NCBI RefSeq assembly: GCF_006345805.1
Contig: NC_043000.1
Coordinates: 95,976,001 to 96,040,000, forward strand
DNA length: 64,000 nucleotides
Source of the DNA: Octopus sinensis
Lineage: Eukaryota
Direction: 5' to 3'
Shown piece by piece: positions 50,976 to 64,000 of the stretch (the stretch's first letter is position 1; the number at the start of each line of letters is the position of its first letter). Under the pieces are notes generated by a model. It was not told the DNA's origin and did no database searches. It was given only the letters and a program-made list of their open reading frames with translations. The translations under genes were made by a program, and so were the position numbers.

Positions 50976-53900
50976 TGTTGCAGGTGTGGCTTCATAGGTG
51001 CAGGCACGGTTGAATGGTAAAAAGCTTGCTTTGCAACCACATGGTTCCAGGTTCAGTTCCACTGCATGGCACCTTGGGCAAATACCTTCTGCTATAACCT
51101 CAAGCCAACCAAAGCGCTGTGAGTGAATTTTGTAGACAGAAAAGAGACTGGGCTTGAAGATTAAAATAAGAACTAGGGTTGGTTATGTGTATGCAGTTTA
51201 ACTTGCAAGGCATGTCATTTTTGTGCTATAATAGAAGACACTTGTCCAGGGTGCTGTACATTGGGACTGAACCCAAAACAATGTAGTAGTGAAGTGGGCT
51301 TTTTAATTACACAGCCATGACTGCACTTATAAATAATAAATCTTGAAAATTTTGCAGGAAATTATATAAAGACAGTAGAGAGCATAGGAATTGATTTCTT
51401 TTTAGCATTGTTCTGCAACAATTTAGTGGTTATTATTAACCCTTAAGGAGAGAATATGCACACCTAACAACAAAATAATTTCAATCTAGTTGGATCTCAT
51501 TCAATTTCAGTCTGCCCACAACCATGACAAATGCTCTCTATTTGTAAAATGATACTTAGCGCATGTGTGTGTGGAGATCTGTTACTAGCTGAAATCAAAT
51601 ATTACTAACTTCCATAATGTTTGAGTTAAGTCAACAATGACATACATCAAGTCAATAAATTAATTAAAAGAGAGAAAGGGAGAGCGCGAGTGGGGTGGGG
51701 GCATTGCTATCTGTGGTGTCAGTATTTCTTTCTTGTGATTTCCCATGACGTAGGTACCTGTTATGTGAGCCTAAATATCTGAATCTAAGCTGAACAAATA
51801 TGAATAAATAAAGATAGTGGACATCAAAAAGTATTGGCTGAGTGATGTGTGAAGAAGATGACTACATTAGTATTGAACATGTGATATGAATGGATAATGC
51901 ATGTTGAATAAAAATGTTGATAGTAGAGTGTATCAGCGATGTATGTAAACCAAAGATGACTTGAGAAAAGGCAATTAACCTAGAGCTGAGAATGCTTGGT
52001 ATCCCAGATGAAATGATACAGCATCGAAACACATGCAGGGATAATGAGTTAAAAACATTTTCAAGTATGGTAACTCAAGGAAACAAAGTTTAAAATAATA
52101 ATAATTTTTCACATCAAAACACAACAATAAATGTTGATGATGGCAATGGTGATAGTGGGAAGTTATAGCAGATGAATCAAATCTGGTATTCAATTAGTAT
52201 TTTACTTTATCATCTTTTAGAAGGATAACAAAACAAAGTAGGCCTTGGTGGGAATTGAACACAGTGTAAACGGATGTGACTACAACAGGTGCTGATGCTC
52301 TGATTTTGCCATCTAACCATCCTTCAGAATTGTGGTCAGCAATGGTGATATATTTCTCATGCATACATAGTCAGCAACTAAACCATCACAAGCACCAATC
52401 CACCCACTCTTTTTACTGGGTGTGAAGGGTGTCTGGACACTTAACAGGATTAACATGATCATTTCTATATTCCTGATCAAAACACAGCCTTTGTTTGAAT
52501 TAATATTGAAAATAATGATGAATTGTCCCTCAATACTACTTTCCCCGCCTCAGTTGAGGGTCCTGTCTTCAAGTTACCTGGTGACCTCACTGCTGCTGGT
52601 GCCATGTAGAATGGCTCCCAGTGCACTCTGTAAAAGTGGTTAGCATTAATTATAAAGGACATCCAGCTACAGAGACCATGTCAAAGCAGACAGCAGGGCT
52701 TGGGTGACATTTTTTGACTTGCCAGTTTCTGTCAACTGTCCAAACCCATGCCAACATAGATAATGGACATATGATGATGATGATGATTTAGTAAAATAAC
52801 CTTGCCATTATTAAACTGTTTGGAACATAACATGAAATTTTGTAATGGGAAACTTTTATTTAGATCACTTTAAAACAAGAAGCCTGTATTATAAGACCAA
52901 GAGTAGTAGTCTTGAGCACATTGGTAATGAAAGGGTTAAAAATAACATCTGTCAAATGTAGGAAAGAAAGGCTTCCACCAGATAATCCAACATCTAAAAC
53001 ACACATTGTTGTGCACCGACAACCTCTTTGAACTGCAGGTTTTGGATGAATGAAGTATTATTATAGAATTACAGATTTTCATTTATGCCTGTTAACCATT
53101 TTAGTATCAACTTGTTTCCATTGACTTGAATTTCAAATTAATTTGATCGTGCTCTTTGAAGAAAGGCAATTAAAAAGGGGAAAAAAACTGCCTTTCATAT
53201 TTAAACAGTAATAATCATCACATATCATTGCTGTGTAGTTGAGCAGCTTGCTTGCTTCCTAACCGTGTGTGTGTGTGTGTGGTCCCCCTCTCCTCCCACC
53301 ACTTGACAACCAGTGTTGTAGTATTTACATCCCTGCAACTTAGTGATTTGGCAAGAGAAATAAATAGAATAAGTACCAAACTTTAAAAAGAAAAAGTACT
53401 AGGGTTGATTTATTTCACTAAGAATCTTCAAGGCAGTGCCCCAGCATGGCAGATAGAAGATAATTATTTTTTATTGTTTACCTTTCACTTGTTTCTGTCT
53501 GGTATTTCTTCTATCAAACCCTTTTGCTGAACTGCAGAGTTAAAGGGGGTGTAAAGAAATCAACACTAGTTGTTAAGTGGTGGTGGACACGGACACACAC
53601 ACACACTTCCACATAGTTTCTGTCTGTCAAATTCATTCACAAAGCATTGATTAGCATAGGGTTATAGTAGAAAACACTTGGCCATGGTACCATGCAGTGG
53701 AACTGAACCTGAAGTCACATGATTGCAAAGCAAGTTTCTTAACCACAAAGCCATGCCTTGGAAACAAACATCAAAAAAAAGAAAATGAAGGAAAATAAAT
53801 AATTCAGTATTGATTACTTTTATAGGTGGATGATTATTCCAGCTGTTGTTTATATGTACTTATGATTCAGTGCTAAGGCCTATGAGTTTCTTTTGCTGTC

Positions 53901-55829
53901 CAGAAAGGCTTAATAGATGCTATTTTTAGACTGTATGTATCTACTCAAAAATAGGGATACTTGTTGATCCTTTGGATACCAACCAGCCCGAGAATTGCTC
54001 TTGGTTCTAGGATACAAATTCCCTGTTTTAAAAGTAGATTTAAATTTCTCACACCAGTTAAACCCTTTGCATGTGAAAAGTGGATATATCTGCTCAAAAT
54101 TTTACTACTGTTAGCTGTGGAAAGTGGTTTTACCCTCATGGTTTTGAAAAAAAAACTTTTCTTATGCTGCAAGAAGTGATGACACCCCCAATGAGAGTTT
54201 ATACAAAAGACTATTTTACAGATTTTCTTACATTTTTTATGTGACCAACCAGGAGATAAAATGCTGTTATGCATCACTGGTCACAATACGTTTTGCATTG
54301 TTTTAGCTTTGAAATGACATCACCCTGCTGGCTAGATGAGCAAGCCAACATTTCCCACTGATCAAAAGGGGAGGGGGGTCTGGAGCAATGTGAAATGAGT
54401 TTTGCTCAAGACCACAACACGCCGCCCAATCAGGGAATCGAACCCATGATCCAGCAATCATGAGTGCAACAGCCTAACCACTAGGCCACATGCCTTAATA
54501 CCTCTTTACAGAGAAAGAGTCAAGCACTATTAATGGTGGATACCTATAAGACATATTGAAAAAGTACTGCAGAAGCAGAAAATGAGAATTCTCTCTCTCT
54601 TTTTTTTTTTTTTGTGGATAATTAACATTATTACAGGAATGACCCTGAAATTTAATTATACAGTGAACTTGTTAATAATAACTAAGTTATTTTCCTAAAT
54701 TCTTCATTATATTCAAAATTAATTTAAACAAAAGCAGTGTGTTTCAACAGAAACATGTTTTAAAAAATGGTTAAAATAATCTTGCTTTTCTTGAAGTTTA
54801 TGAAAATATTAATTTCAATCATAGAAAATTATTAGACCCCAGTGTATAAAAATACATAAAATGAAAAGATTGATGCTATCTGCTTCCAAGGGTCTTAATG
54901 GAATTGTCGGTACAATTAGATTAAAACTTTTTACAATGCAAACAATACGAAAAAATATATCTAATTCAGAATCATCATCATAACCATTATCAACACTACG
55001 ATTATGAAATATTCTTTTGCCGGTTCTAGTCATTGAGCTCTAGCCGTTTTCTATATTGATTTATAAAGCTTTTCTTCACTTGCATTTACTCTTTATTGAT
55101 ACTTCAGTCTAAATATGTTCGGTCAAAAGATCTAGATCACACGATGACGTAGATTCCTTCTTAATATGTTCTGGCAAATTTTAACATGGATATGTTAATT
55201 GCTGTTTTTTGTATTTTGCCTTCAGCGAACACCTTTCAGGTAGTGTATGTTGACAACACTCTATTTTCTGATGTAAGGGGACTTTGAGATACCAGTGTTT
55301 CAAACTGGCTGTGTGTCTTCAGTTAAAGCTCACCCTAAATCAAAATATCTAAACAAGATTAATATATTCACATTCAAATCTGCCAGAATGCATTAAGAAT
55401 GAATATGTACATCATCGTTTTGATTCCTGCTGTTTTGTACACACATGATCTAAATAATAGTTTTGGGACTGTATAATACCTCGAACTAGGAAGAATATAA
55501 TTAATTATTCTTGCTAGTATCTTTTTTCATGTTTTTCTTTTTTCAAAGGGTAACCATTGTGATAAATTGTACTTATTCAGTTAACCCATCAAGATTTTTT
55601 TAAAAAATAACATCAATATTATAAAAGGTTAATGAGATAATAAGGATCACTGACATGAACGAATAAATTATAAACATAGCATAAATTGTAAACCTATTGA
55701 TTTGAACTCAGAACCTTAATAAGGAAACTAAGTACTTCACTACATTTAGCTTAGTTTATTGTTTCAGACAACTATCTCATTCCTTCTCTCCCCATTCTTG
55801 CTCAATAGATTAGGAGGGAGGAAGAGGCT

Positions 55830-56180
55830 GTGCTCATAGCTGTTGAGATCAATATAAATAATATTCTTGAATAATTACAAGTTGACAGTGTCAGGGAAAA
55901 TATATTTAAGGAGAGAATCCTACAGGGAGAGCATTCTGGAGAGGAAAAACTGGATAGTTAATGGTTAATGTGGTGGTGGTGGTGGTCATGGTCATCATCA
56001 TAGTGGTAGAGGGTCATATATCACTAATGAGACTGGGAAGTGACAAGGCACAAAAGTAGACAACTGCAAGGAACAAAGGCCAGTGTAGTAGTAGCAGAAA
56101 AGGTAGAGAAAGGAGAGATCACATCTGTGGTCCACAGATTAGACTGTGTTACAGAGCAACTTCATACTAAGTAGTGGTAA
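55830..56180 (-). mobile_element. CR1-like LINE 3' fragment
   Basis: Reverse strand DHRCDLSFLYLFCYYYTGLCSLQLSTFVP resembles the CR1 motif HRR.V.SL.LFYRYY.G.CSSEL..LVP. Confidence 0.65.
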
Positions 56181-56225
56181 ATGGGGGTCTTTTTTTGGAT
56201 GTAGTCAGGGATTTCTATTTGTATA

Positions 56226-56455
56226 GAAGCTGGCAAACATGTTAGCGAGCCGGGCGAAAAGCTTAGCGGTATTTCGTCTGTCGTTACGTTCTGAGTTCAA
56301 ATTCCGCCGAGGTCAACTTTGCCTTTTATCTTTTCGGGGTCGATAAATAAAGTACCAGTTTCGCACTGGGGGTGATATAACCGACTCAATCCCTTCGTCT
56401 GTCCTTGTTTGTCCCCTCTATGTTTAGCCCCTTCTGGGCAGTAAAGAAATATATT
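56226..56455 (+). mobile_element. Young full-length tRNA-derived SINE (family C)
   Basis: CpG-rich; A-box-like agctggcaaac and B-box-like gagttcaaattc; near-identical inverted copy at 61885-62120. Confidence 0.85.
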
Positions 56456-58125
56456 TGTATAGAAGAGGCAACATCCCATATGTGGGGGAAAAGTATAGTG
56501 TGTGTGTAACTTTGCCTAGATGTTACATGATGGTTGTAAATGAGTAACCCTGTTATACAAGCAAGGTCTGTTCGTTTCCAGTTTTCTATGAAAAACATAT
56601 CCCAACTATGGGAAAATATTAGAGTTTAGGAGTTTTGGTTGAAATATTATCTGGATTGAAGATGAGGCCCAGTCTTTATAATAGCTTCTTTTATTTTTGT
56701 TATGTTCAGGGTGTGGAATCTCCAGAAGAGAAGCTTGGTGATGGTGAGACCTAGCATTTAGAGCTCTGGTAATATATTAGAGCCTAGTTTTCAGAAATTC
56801 CTCTGTAAAAAATTCAGTAGATATACCCCAAATTTTAGTTTCATAATTGACAATCTTGATAGTTATTCGTACTGTAGAAGAAAAAAAGTAAGAGCTTACT
56901 CATAGGAAGTTGCAGCAAATTGTAATTCATTAGCAACAATTTCATTGAATTTAGAGAAGAGACAGTGGATTGAAATTTCCAAATATTTCAAAAATAGGGA
57001 ATAGATTTTTAATAATGATTACATGAAACACAATAGCCATCTAACATAAATACACCATTGACAGGCAAGGTGCTATGAATTTTGTCTGAGAGAAAATCTA
57101 TTTACAGACATGCTCTGTTGAAAATATTATATTAGAGCAAGGTGAACATCACCTAAACAGTGACCTACAAGAATGCCAGGCATGTTTACTTGAGCCTTGT
57201 CAATAATGTGTCCTCACTAGTCACATGTCTAGGCACAATCTGTCCTCTCTGATATATAGGGAACAGTGAATAACACACTGATATTGCAGAAAGCTGCTGA
57301 GCTGAATAAAAAAAACTCAGTGTGTACAATATTTATATGTTTAAAACACATTTTTTTTTTACATAATAATTATTTAATTATAATTATTAAATTCATGTCT
57401 CTAGGTTAACTGCTTACAGTGTAACAAAAATTATAGAATCATTATGTTAATGAGGCGGCACATCACATTTTGTTGCAAAACTTTTCTAAGAAAACTTTTG
57501 GTTAATTGCTTAACCAAATGAACATAATTAAATTTTCATCATAATCACAAAGCGTTTCTTTTTCAAATCAATCAACTAAATTTGCACAATAATCACCACT
57601 AACCATGCATTAGTAATAAAAATCAAAATAAAACATTATGGCTTTGTGCATCTTCCTCGTTCCAAGACTGTTGCCAAATTGTTTAGTTAGACATTAGAAA
57701 ATAAATATAATTTTCAGGTTTCCTTTTAAATCAATGAGATGATGATGATGATAATAATAATATTCATTTAAACCGTGAAAGAAAGAGGAAGTTGACATAG
57801 AAAAAAAAAAAAAGCAAATACAATTAATTAAAAGCCAAACTAAGAAATATGTAAAGGTTCAAGGTTGAGGATTACAAACAGGTTCCTGAACACTTGAACA
57901 CTCATGAAGATTCTCAAGAGAGTATACAAGTTTGTCAAGACAGTTGACATGACAAATTAACAATGAAGTTTTTTATATGTTGGTGTACCCAGCAGTTATA
58001 AAAACAGTTGAAAGTTTTGAACAAATTATATTTTATGTTAACATATTGTACATTTTGATATAAACCCTTTTGATACCAACCCACCTACGACTGCCGTGGT
58101 TCTATGATATAAACATCATGTTTAA

Positions 58126-58357
58126 CCTTTTGCCTGTCCAAAGCATTTTCATAAGTTTACTGTAAATGTCTATCCCTGTTTGAAAACTTTTAGTTAGCCC
58201 TTGTTTCACACGTTCTGTGTAATAGAAAGCTTTCTTCTCATAAGTCCCAATTTACTCTGGTGGTTGAAAAAAGATTGGGAATGTATAACACATGATGCAA
58301 GGACACCAAGGAAATACGTCCTGTATATCACATGTACTATACAGGACAGGAAATGGG
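58126..58357. mobile_element. TTAA-flanked (piggyBac-like) MITE, 232 bp, nested in another MITE
   Basis: TTAA|ccttttgcctgtcc ... ggacaggaaatggg|TTAA; imperfect 14-bp TIRs. Confidence 0.75.
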
Positions 58358-58480
58358 TTAAAACAATCTAAATTAAAACCTTTCCTCAAAATTTCATGTT
58401 AATTCATGTTCTAGACATCAGCTTAACAATGACAAAATTCTTTATTATCTTAAAAATTAATTGAAAAAGAACCCAGTGTA

Positions 58481-59932
58481 CACTGAACTGCAAAAGAAAC
58501 GTGAGGCATGTGTGACTGTGAAATATGTTTTAATTTCATTAAGTCAGAAATAAATTTTGATAGATCTGATAAAGTCAATTGGATGTACTTTGACCACAGT
58601 CTATAAGTCATTCCCATGTTTTCTGGTAGTGGGCAGATCCAGCACATTGAGATTGTAGGGTGTGACATGTTCAATACTGTGTATGCCTTCCTTGAGTGTT
58701 CAAAACGGCCATACACCATTGGTATATGAAGTGCATGAGGCAGTTCACAAAAGCCATAGGCACCTGTGCCCACACCCTGAGGAATGCTGCCTCCAGTTTC
58801 ATACAAGTTGTCAGCCTTGGGACCACCTGGTTCAGCCATCTCTGGATTTCATCCCACAGGTGTTCAATTGGGTTCAAATCTGGGTTGAGAGCCAGCCAAA
58901 GCATGGTTTTATGTTGTGCTGATTCAGGAAGTCCATGGTGACCCTGGCCATGTGGGAGGGAACATTGTCCTACTGGAACATGTGGGTACATTAACATGTG
59001 AAGAAGAGCACAATGTGAAGTCTTAGGATCTGGTCAAAGTAGCACTGCACTGTGATGCCATTCCCTCTGCCTGCACCAACATTTTGGAACACATGGGGCC
59101 CAGTTCTCTGATTCAGGCCTATAGCACTCCAAACCATGATGTTTTGGCCACCCCACATATCTCTCTCTATGACACATGCGACTCTGTAGCGTTTACTCTT
59201 CCTACACCACACTCTTATCTGAGGTGGAAACACAGTACCGGCTGTCGTCAGAGAAGACTGTCAACCTCCATTGTTGATGCTGTATAGCCCATTGTAGCCC
59301 ATGCCTGACAGTGGCGGGTGGTGAGGACAGGCCTTCAAGCAGGACAATGGCAACACAGGTTGTTGGCAGCCAGATGACATCGTACCATATGGTCACTGTT
59401 CAGTGCCAATGGTCTTGCAAGCTGTTATGCTTGCTGGTCTGAAGCGATTGTTGAGATGTTGCAGGTGGATGAAGCGGTCCTACCTGGGTGCGGTCATCCG
59501 GAGGTGCCCTCTGTAGGCACAGTCTGCAGTGCTGCTGTTGGTGTTGTTTTATAACTGTTGCAGGTGATAGATGGTGCTGACATGGATATTGTAAGATTTC
59601 ACAACAACCAGGGCATGCTGCCCTGCTTGCAATCAGCTGATAGCTTGTTTTCTTTGCAGTGTCGACAGTCAGGTCATACCTGATGCGTCCAACTTACGAA
59701 TGCCAGGAATGCAGTTCAAGTTGATTTTTATACCCATATCGTCCACGAGATGTACATGCATTTTGGCTTTCGTAACTGTTTGCGACTGCCAACAAGGTTA
59801 CCTGCAATTTAGGTCTCAACCATAAACCAGAATGTCTTGGAATATTTCCACTTACATCCCCAAAACAAATTTTCAGAATTTACCATACAAAAATGACATT
59901 TGAAAAAATCGCATTTCTTTCACGGTTCAGCG
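58481..59932 (-). mobile_element. Decayed Tc1-like (DD34E) transposon, 1452 bp, TA target duplication
   Basis: TIRs TA|cactgaactgcaaaagaaacg and catttctttcacggttcagcg|TA. Fragments VFSDDSR, IMVWSAI, DN.PSH and PDLNPIEHLW, with stops and frameshifts. Confidence 0.9.
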
Positions 59933-60391
59933 TATTTCAATGGAAATAGGGTAACAAAATGCATAAAATGCCACTCCATCAAATTTGACTGGTAACACAC
60001 AGACTCAGCTTACACACACACACAAATGACAAGCATATTTTGGCTCACAAGGTCATTGGGGTAAAATTATGACATTCCTGTCAACTAAAATCTATATAAT
60101 TTGGTTAAATTTTTTTCCTTAAAAAAATAATGTTCATTCATTTGAATGTTTTATTTTCCACTCCCCTTCCATTGTGTTTACCAGCTCCAATTAAAAAAAA
60201 AGATATAGCCTTACTGTCATATTCGTTTTCAACTCACAAAATATTTACTTCTATAATCTGCTTGGGTTAATTTTGCTATTCACTCTCTTCATCGGTCAAC
60301 ATACCTAGCATTAGGATTATACAATTAAACCAGGCCTGAAAGATTCAATAAATATTGTGTACATGATAGTAAATCTCCCAGAAGCCTGGAT

Positions 60392-60427
<36 letters not shown>

Positions 60428-61884
60428 ATATTATCATCATCATTTAACATCTGCTCTCATGTTGGCATGGGTCGAAAAGTTTGACAAATGCTGGTGAGCC
60501 AGAGGTGCACAAAGCTCTACTGTCTGCTTCGGCAAGGTTTTTATAGCTGGATAGTCTTCCTATTGCCAACCACTTTACAGAGTGTAATGAGGTTACCAAG
60601 TAACTTGCAAAACAAAGAATCCCCTCAACTCTCAATACTACCTGGTGGGGTAGTATTGAGAGAGGTAACTTTGTGCCAGATGATGAGAGGTTAAACTAAG
60701 ACAGAGAGACAGAAACGCATGCCTTACTGGGTAGGGAGAGCGCAAAAAGAAAATGGAGATATGGGGAAGGGAAGAAGAATGCATTGAATGGTGAACACAC
60801 GTGTGTGTGTGTGTGTGTATATAAAATAATGGTTAGTTTGTAAAATGTCAAGAAACCTTGTTCTACACATGTCCATGTGTGGGTAAAATATGCTACAGTA
60901 GTCTATGTGTTTGAGAGGGAGAGAGAGTTTGTGTGTGAGTGTATCACTTATCATGCAATGTGTGAATGTTGTAAAGATAGCAGAGAGAAAGTAATTTTTA
61001 GTGTAAGTGATGCTATGCATATGGTGGTGCTTTGTAGAGGAGGCAAGTTCATAAATATGTACACAATGGAAGATGTGTGTGTGTGTCGTTGTTGTTATTG
61101 TAGTCTATAATTTCAAGGAGTTAATATCTGACCATATCCTTATTTCATACCTTTTATTTTTTAAAGATGGTAAGCTTGTGGCTGGCTGTATGGTAAAAAA
61201 CTTGCTTTTCAATCACATGGTTCAGGGTTCAGTCCCACTGCATTGCAGCTTGGGAAAATGTCTTTTACTAAAGCCTAGGGTCAACAAAAGCCTTGCAAGT
61301 GGATTTGGTAGATGAAATGAAAAGAATCTCATCAAATGTGTGTGTGTGATTACCCACACACACACCACCACCACCACTTGATAACTGGTACTGGTCTGTT
61401 TACATACCCCATAACCTAGCAGTTCAGCAAAATTGACTGATAAAATAAGTACAAGCCTTTAAAAAAAAAAAAGTACTGCAGTCAATACAGTCAACTAAAA
61501 ATTCAAGGTGGTGCCCTAGCATGGCCACAGTCTAATGAGTGAAATAAGTAATAAGATAAAAGATAAAAGCTATTAAACTATCTAGTAGTATACATAAGCA
61601 TGAGATTCCATGAGATCATGCAATTCTGCTGTTAGTAATTAATCACCATAATTTTAACGTCTACTTTTCCATGCTTAGATGGGTTGAATGGTATTTAGTA
61701 AGATTTTTTTTATGGCCAGATGCTCTTCCTGACTTCAACCCTCACTTCTTTCCAAGCAAGGTAATATTTCCGCATAACCAGACATGTTTCACAGAACATT
61801 GGAAGTGAATGGCATCATCAGTATGACAGTGAGACTCACATGATGCAAAGAGACATAAACATGATGGGGGCTTCTTTCAGTTTC

Positions 61885-62120
61885 TTATTTCTTTATTACC
61901 CACAAGGGGCTAAACATAGATGGGACAAACACAGACAGACAAAGGAATTAGGTCGATTTCATCGACCCCAGCACGTAACTGGTACTTAATTTATCGACCC
62001 CGAAAGGATGAAAGGCAAAGTCAACCTCGGCGGAATTTGAACTCAGAACGTAATGGCAGACGAAATACCGCTAAGCATTTTGCCCGGCATGCTAACGTTT
62101 CTGCCAGCTCACCGCCTTAA
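61885..62120 (-). mobile_element. Young full-length tRNA-derived SINE (family C)
   Basis: Reverse complement of 56226-56455, with retained CpGs. Confidence 0.85.
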
Positions 62121-63412
62121 CGGCTTCTTTCAGTTTCTGCCAACCAAATCCATTCACAAGGCTTTGGTTGGCCTGGGGCTATTGTACAAGATACCAGGCC
62201 AAGGGGCCATGCAGTGGGACTGAACCCAAAACCATGTGGTTGGAAAGCAAACTTGTTAACTACACAGTCACACCTATTTAATACAAGACAATTAAAAGAA
62301 TAAATAATATTGTAGTGTGAGATAGAAAGAATATATATTGTGCGTGCGAGTATGTTTTAGATAGAGAGGAAACAGGAATATGAGAAATAGAGGGAGGGAG
62401 AGAGAAGAGGAGAGAGAAAGGTGCAGTAGAAGCAATAGGATCTCTGTAAGACTAATGAGGAACCATAACTTTAGGTGCACCAAATCTACTGGAATTGTTC
62501 ACAGCACAAATATGGACTGCATCAATAATTGGTTGAAAGTAGTAAATGTTGAGTTAATATAATTGACATACTAATGAGTAAATGCTTGTGATAGCATAGC
62601 AGCTAAGATTTGAAAGGATGGGAGAAGTTTGGTAAAATGTTATTCTGTTCGCAACAAAGAGTTCCTCTTTCATTATGAAAGGCAGGCAATATATGAGTCA
62701 TATGTAGGATGTATGATATGGCACAGTTGTGAAACAGCAGCAGCAGTAGCAAATGTTGAGGGTCTGCAGTAATTGGAGAAGAACAAATTGAATATACTCC
62801 ATTAGATGAGCAATGCTAACCAACATATAACAAAGCGTAAGCACAAGGGAATTGCTAAAATGAGAGTATAACAAAGCCTTGAATGAAGCAACTGTGTCAG
62901 TATGGACATGGGATGCAAGTGGATAATGTATGTTGAGAATTAGTGGTGGGAGGTACTCATGAAACAGGCAAACCATAAAAAGATCCAAAATGAAATGGAA
63001 TCATCTCATCATTCAAATCAACCTGAGAATGGTAGGTTTCACCCCCCCCCCCAACCCCCCCCCCCAAAAAAAAAAACAACAGAAAAGAAAAGAAAAAAGG
63101 ATAGTGCATGATCAAGACACATTGAAAGATGCTCTATAGTAGAGCTATAAGATCTAAACCAGCTTGGAATAGCTGGTAATGTAACAATTTTGATGATGAT
63201 GAAAGAGAATGTGTGTGAGTGAGAAAAGGAAGGAATAAAAAAATTTTTGAAGGACAAAGAGTTAATACATCTGAGTACACATGCAAGTAAGTGTGTATGT
63301 GTAGAGGGGGTGAGAGAAAGAGAGAAACTAGGGGAAGAAACAAAGAAAGTTTGTGTAAGTTTAAATAAATACCACAACCTTAATGATAAACAAATTAGTA
63401 AAAGCTTCTTAC

Positions 63413-63465
63413 CTGGTAGTCTATTCATGTTTACCCCCTGTGTTGATAGTCCAATACCCATGTAA
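63413..63465 (-). CDS. RANBP9: RanBP9/10 exon, SPRY domain (YMGIGLSTQGVNMNRLPG), 53 nt
   Basis: Acceptor ttgttctttcag, donor CCAG|gtaag; the peptide is near-identical to the RANBP9/10 SPRY motif. Confidence 0.96.
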
Positions 63466-64000
63466 CTGAAAGAACAAAAAATAACAATAAAAGTAACAAC
63501 AACAATAATAATCATTTCAAATTTTGGCACACAGCCAGCAATTTTATGGGGAGGGAATTAGACATTTACATTGTCCTCAGTACTGGTACTTTATTTTTAT
63601 GGACTCTGAAAGGATTAAAGGCAAAGCAAACCATTGCAGAATTTGAACTCAGAATGCAAACACCCACTGTCTGATTCTGCTAGTTCATTGCAACAAGAAT
63701 GATGATGATGATTTAACAGGATATAAGAAACAGGAAGTTTGGCTATTTCATACTTTTTTTGAGAGAACAAAGAAAAAGATTTAAAACTAAAATTAGAGAG
63801 GAATTAAATATATTCATGATTTTCTTAAAGACATCAAAAGTGGAACCACTTCAAATAGAAACTGAGACCAGATTGTGAAGTTTTGTTTACTAAGAACTTA
63901 CTGCTGTGTCATGGCATCAATCACAATAACAATAGGAAAAACAACAACAACAATAAAAAAAGAGGATTTTTAAATATGAGATCATTTTCATATGTTACAA

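Larger units (their letters stand above)
58062..59965 (+). mobile_element. Host TTAA-type MITE split into three parts by the 232-bp MITE and the Tc1 element
   Basis: Pieces 58062-58121, 58362-58478 and 59933-59965 rejoin. The right part matches the uninterrupted copy near 54680-54778 (aaaattaattt.aa...cagtgt.tttcaa..gaaa). Confidence 0.7.
4118..63465 (-). other. RANBP9: RanBP9/RanBP10 (RanBPM) gene span, partial at both ends; join(63465-63413, 46313-46146, 27796-27774, 20328-20227, 17900-17818, 8656-8544, 6477-5905, 4269-4118)
   Basis: The eight exons splice in compatible phases into one frame: [31 protein letters not shown]...[22 protein letters not shown]...[11 protein letters not shown]...[14 protein letters not shown]...[21 protein letters not shown]. 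This matches the SPRY-LisH-CTLH-CRA layout of RANBP9/10. I found no further exon in 1-4117, so the gene continues off both edges. Confidence 0.97.

Noticed and set aside
63039-63530. 163-aa minus-strand ORF as a full exon
   Set aside because: Only 63413-63465 is bounded by splice sites and conserved; the rest is low-complexity intron.

Overview
AT-rich, repeat-dense eukaryotic DNA. The repeat families resemble those of octopus/coleoid cephalopods, but the species is inferred, not shown. The whole 64 kb lies inside one minus-strand gene, the RanBP9/RanBP10 (RanBPM/Scorpin, CTLH/GID complex scaffold) orthologue. Eight coding exons (53, 168, 23, 102, 83, 113, 573 and 152 nt; 1267 nt in total) join into one open frame covering SPRY (C-terminal part), LisH, CTLH, a Ser/Asn-rich linker and the start of CRA. 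The 5' and 3' ends of the gene lie outside the window. Keeping the frame requires a 23-nt microexon and a non-canonical GC donor, which has a competing out-of-frame GT donor 4 nt downstream. The introns (1.6-18.3 kb) hold tRNA-derived SINEs, RTE and CR1 LINE fragments, three decayed Tc1/mariner-superfamily elements (maT-like, mariner, Tc1), TTAA-flanked MITEs and microsatellites, with several clean nested insertions. The most unusual items are a C4HC3 PHD-type finger inside an RTE reverse transcriptase, hairpin-bearing tandem arrays in RTE 3' UTRs, and a Penelope-type minimal hammerhead motif. Almost all short ORFs in the supplied track are spurious. SINE and LINE-fragment boundaries were read by eye and are approximate; exon boundaries were counted to the base.
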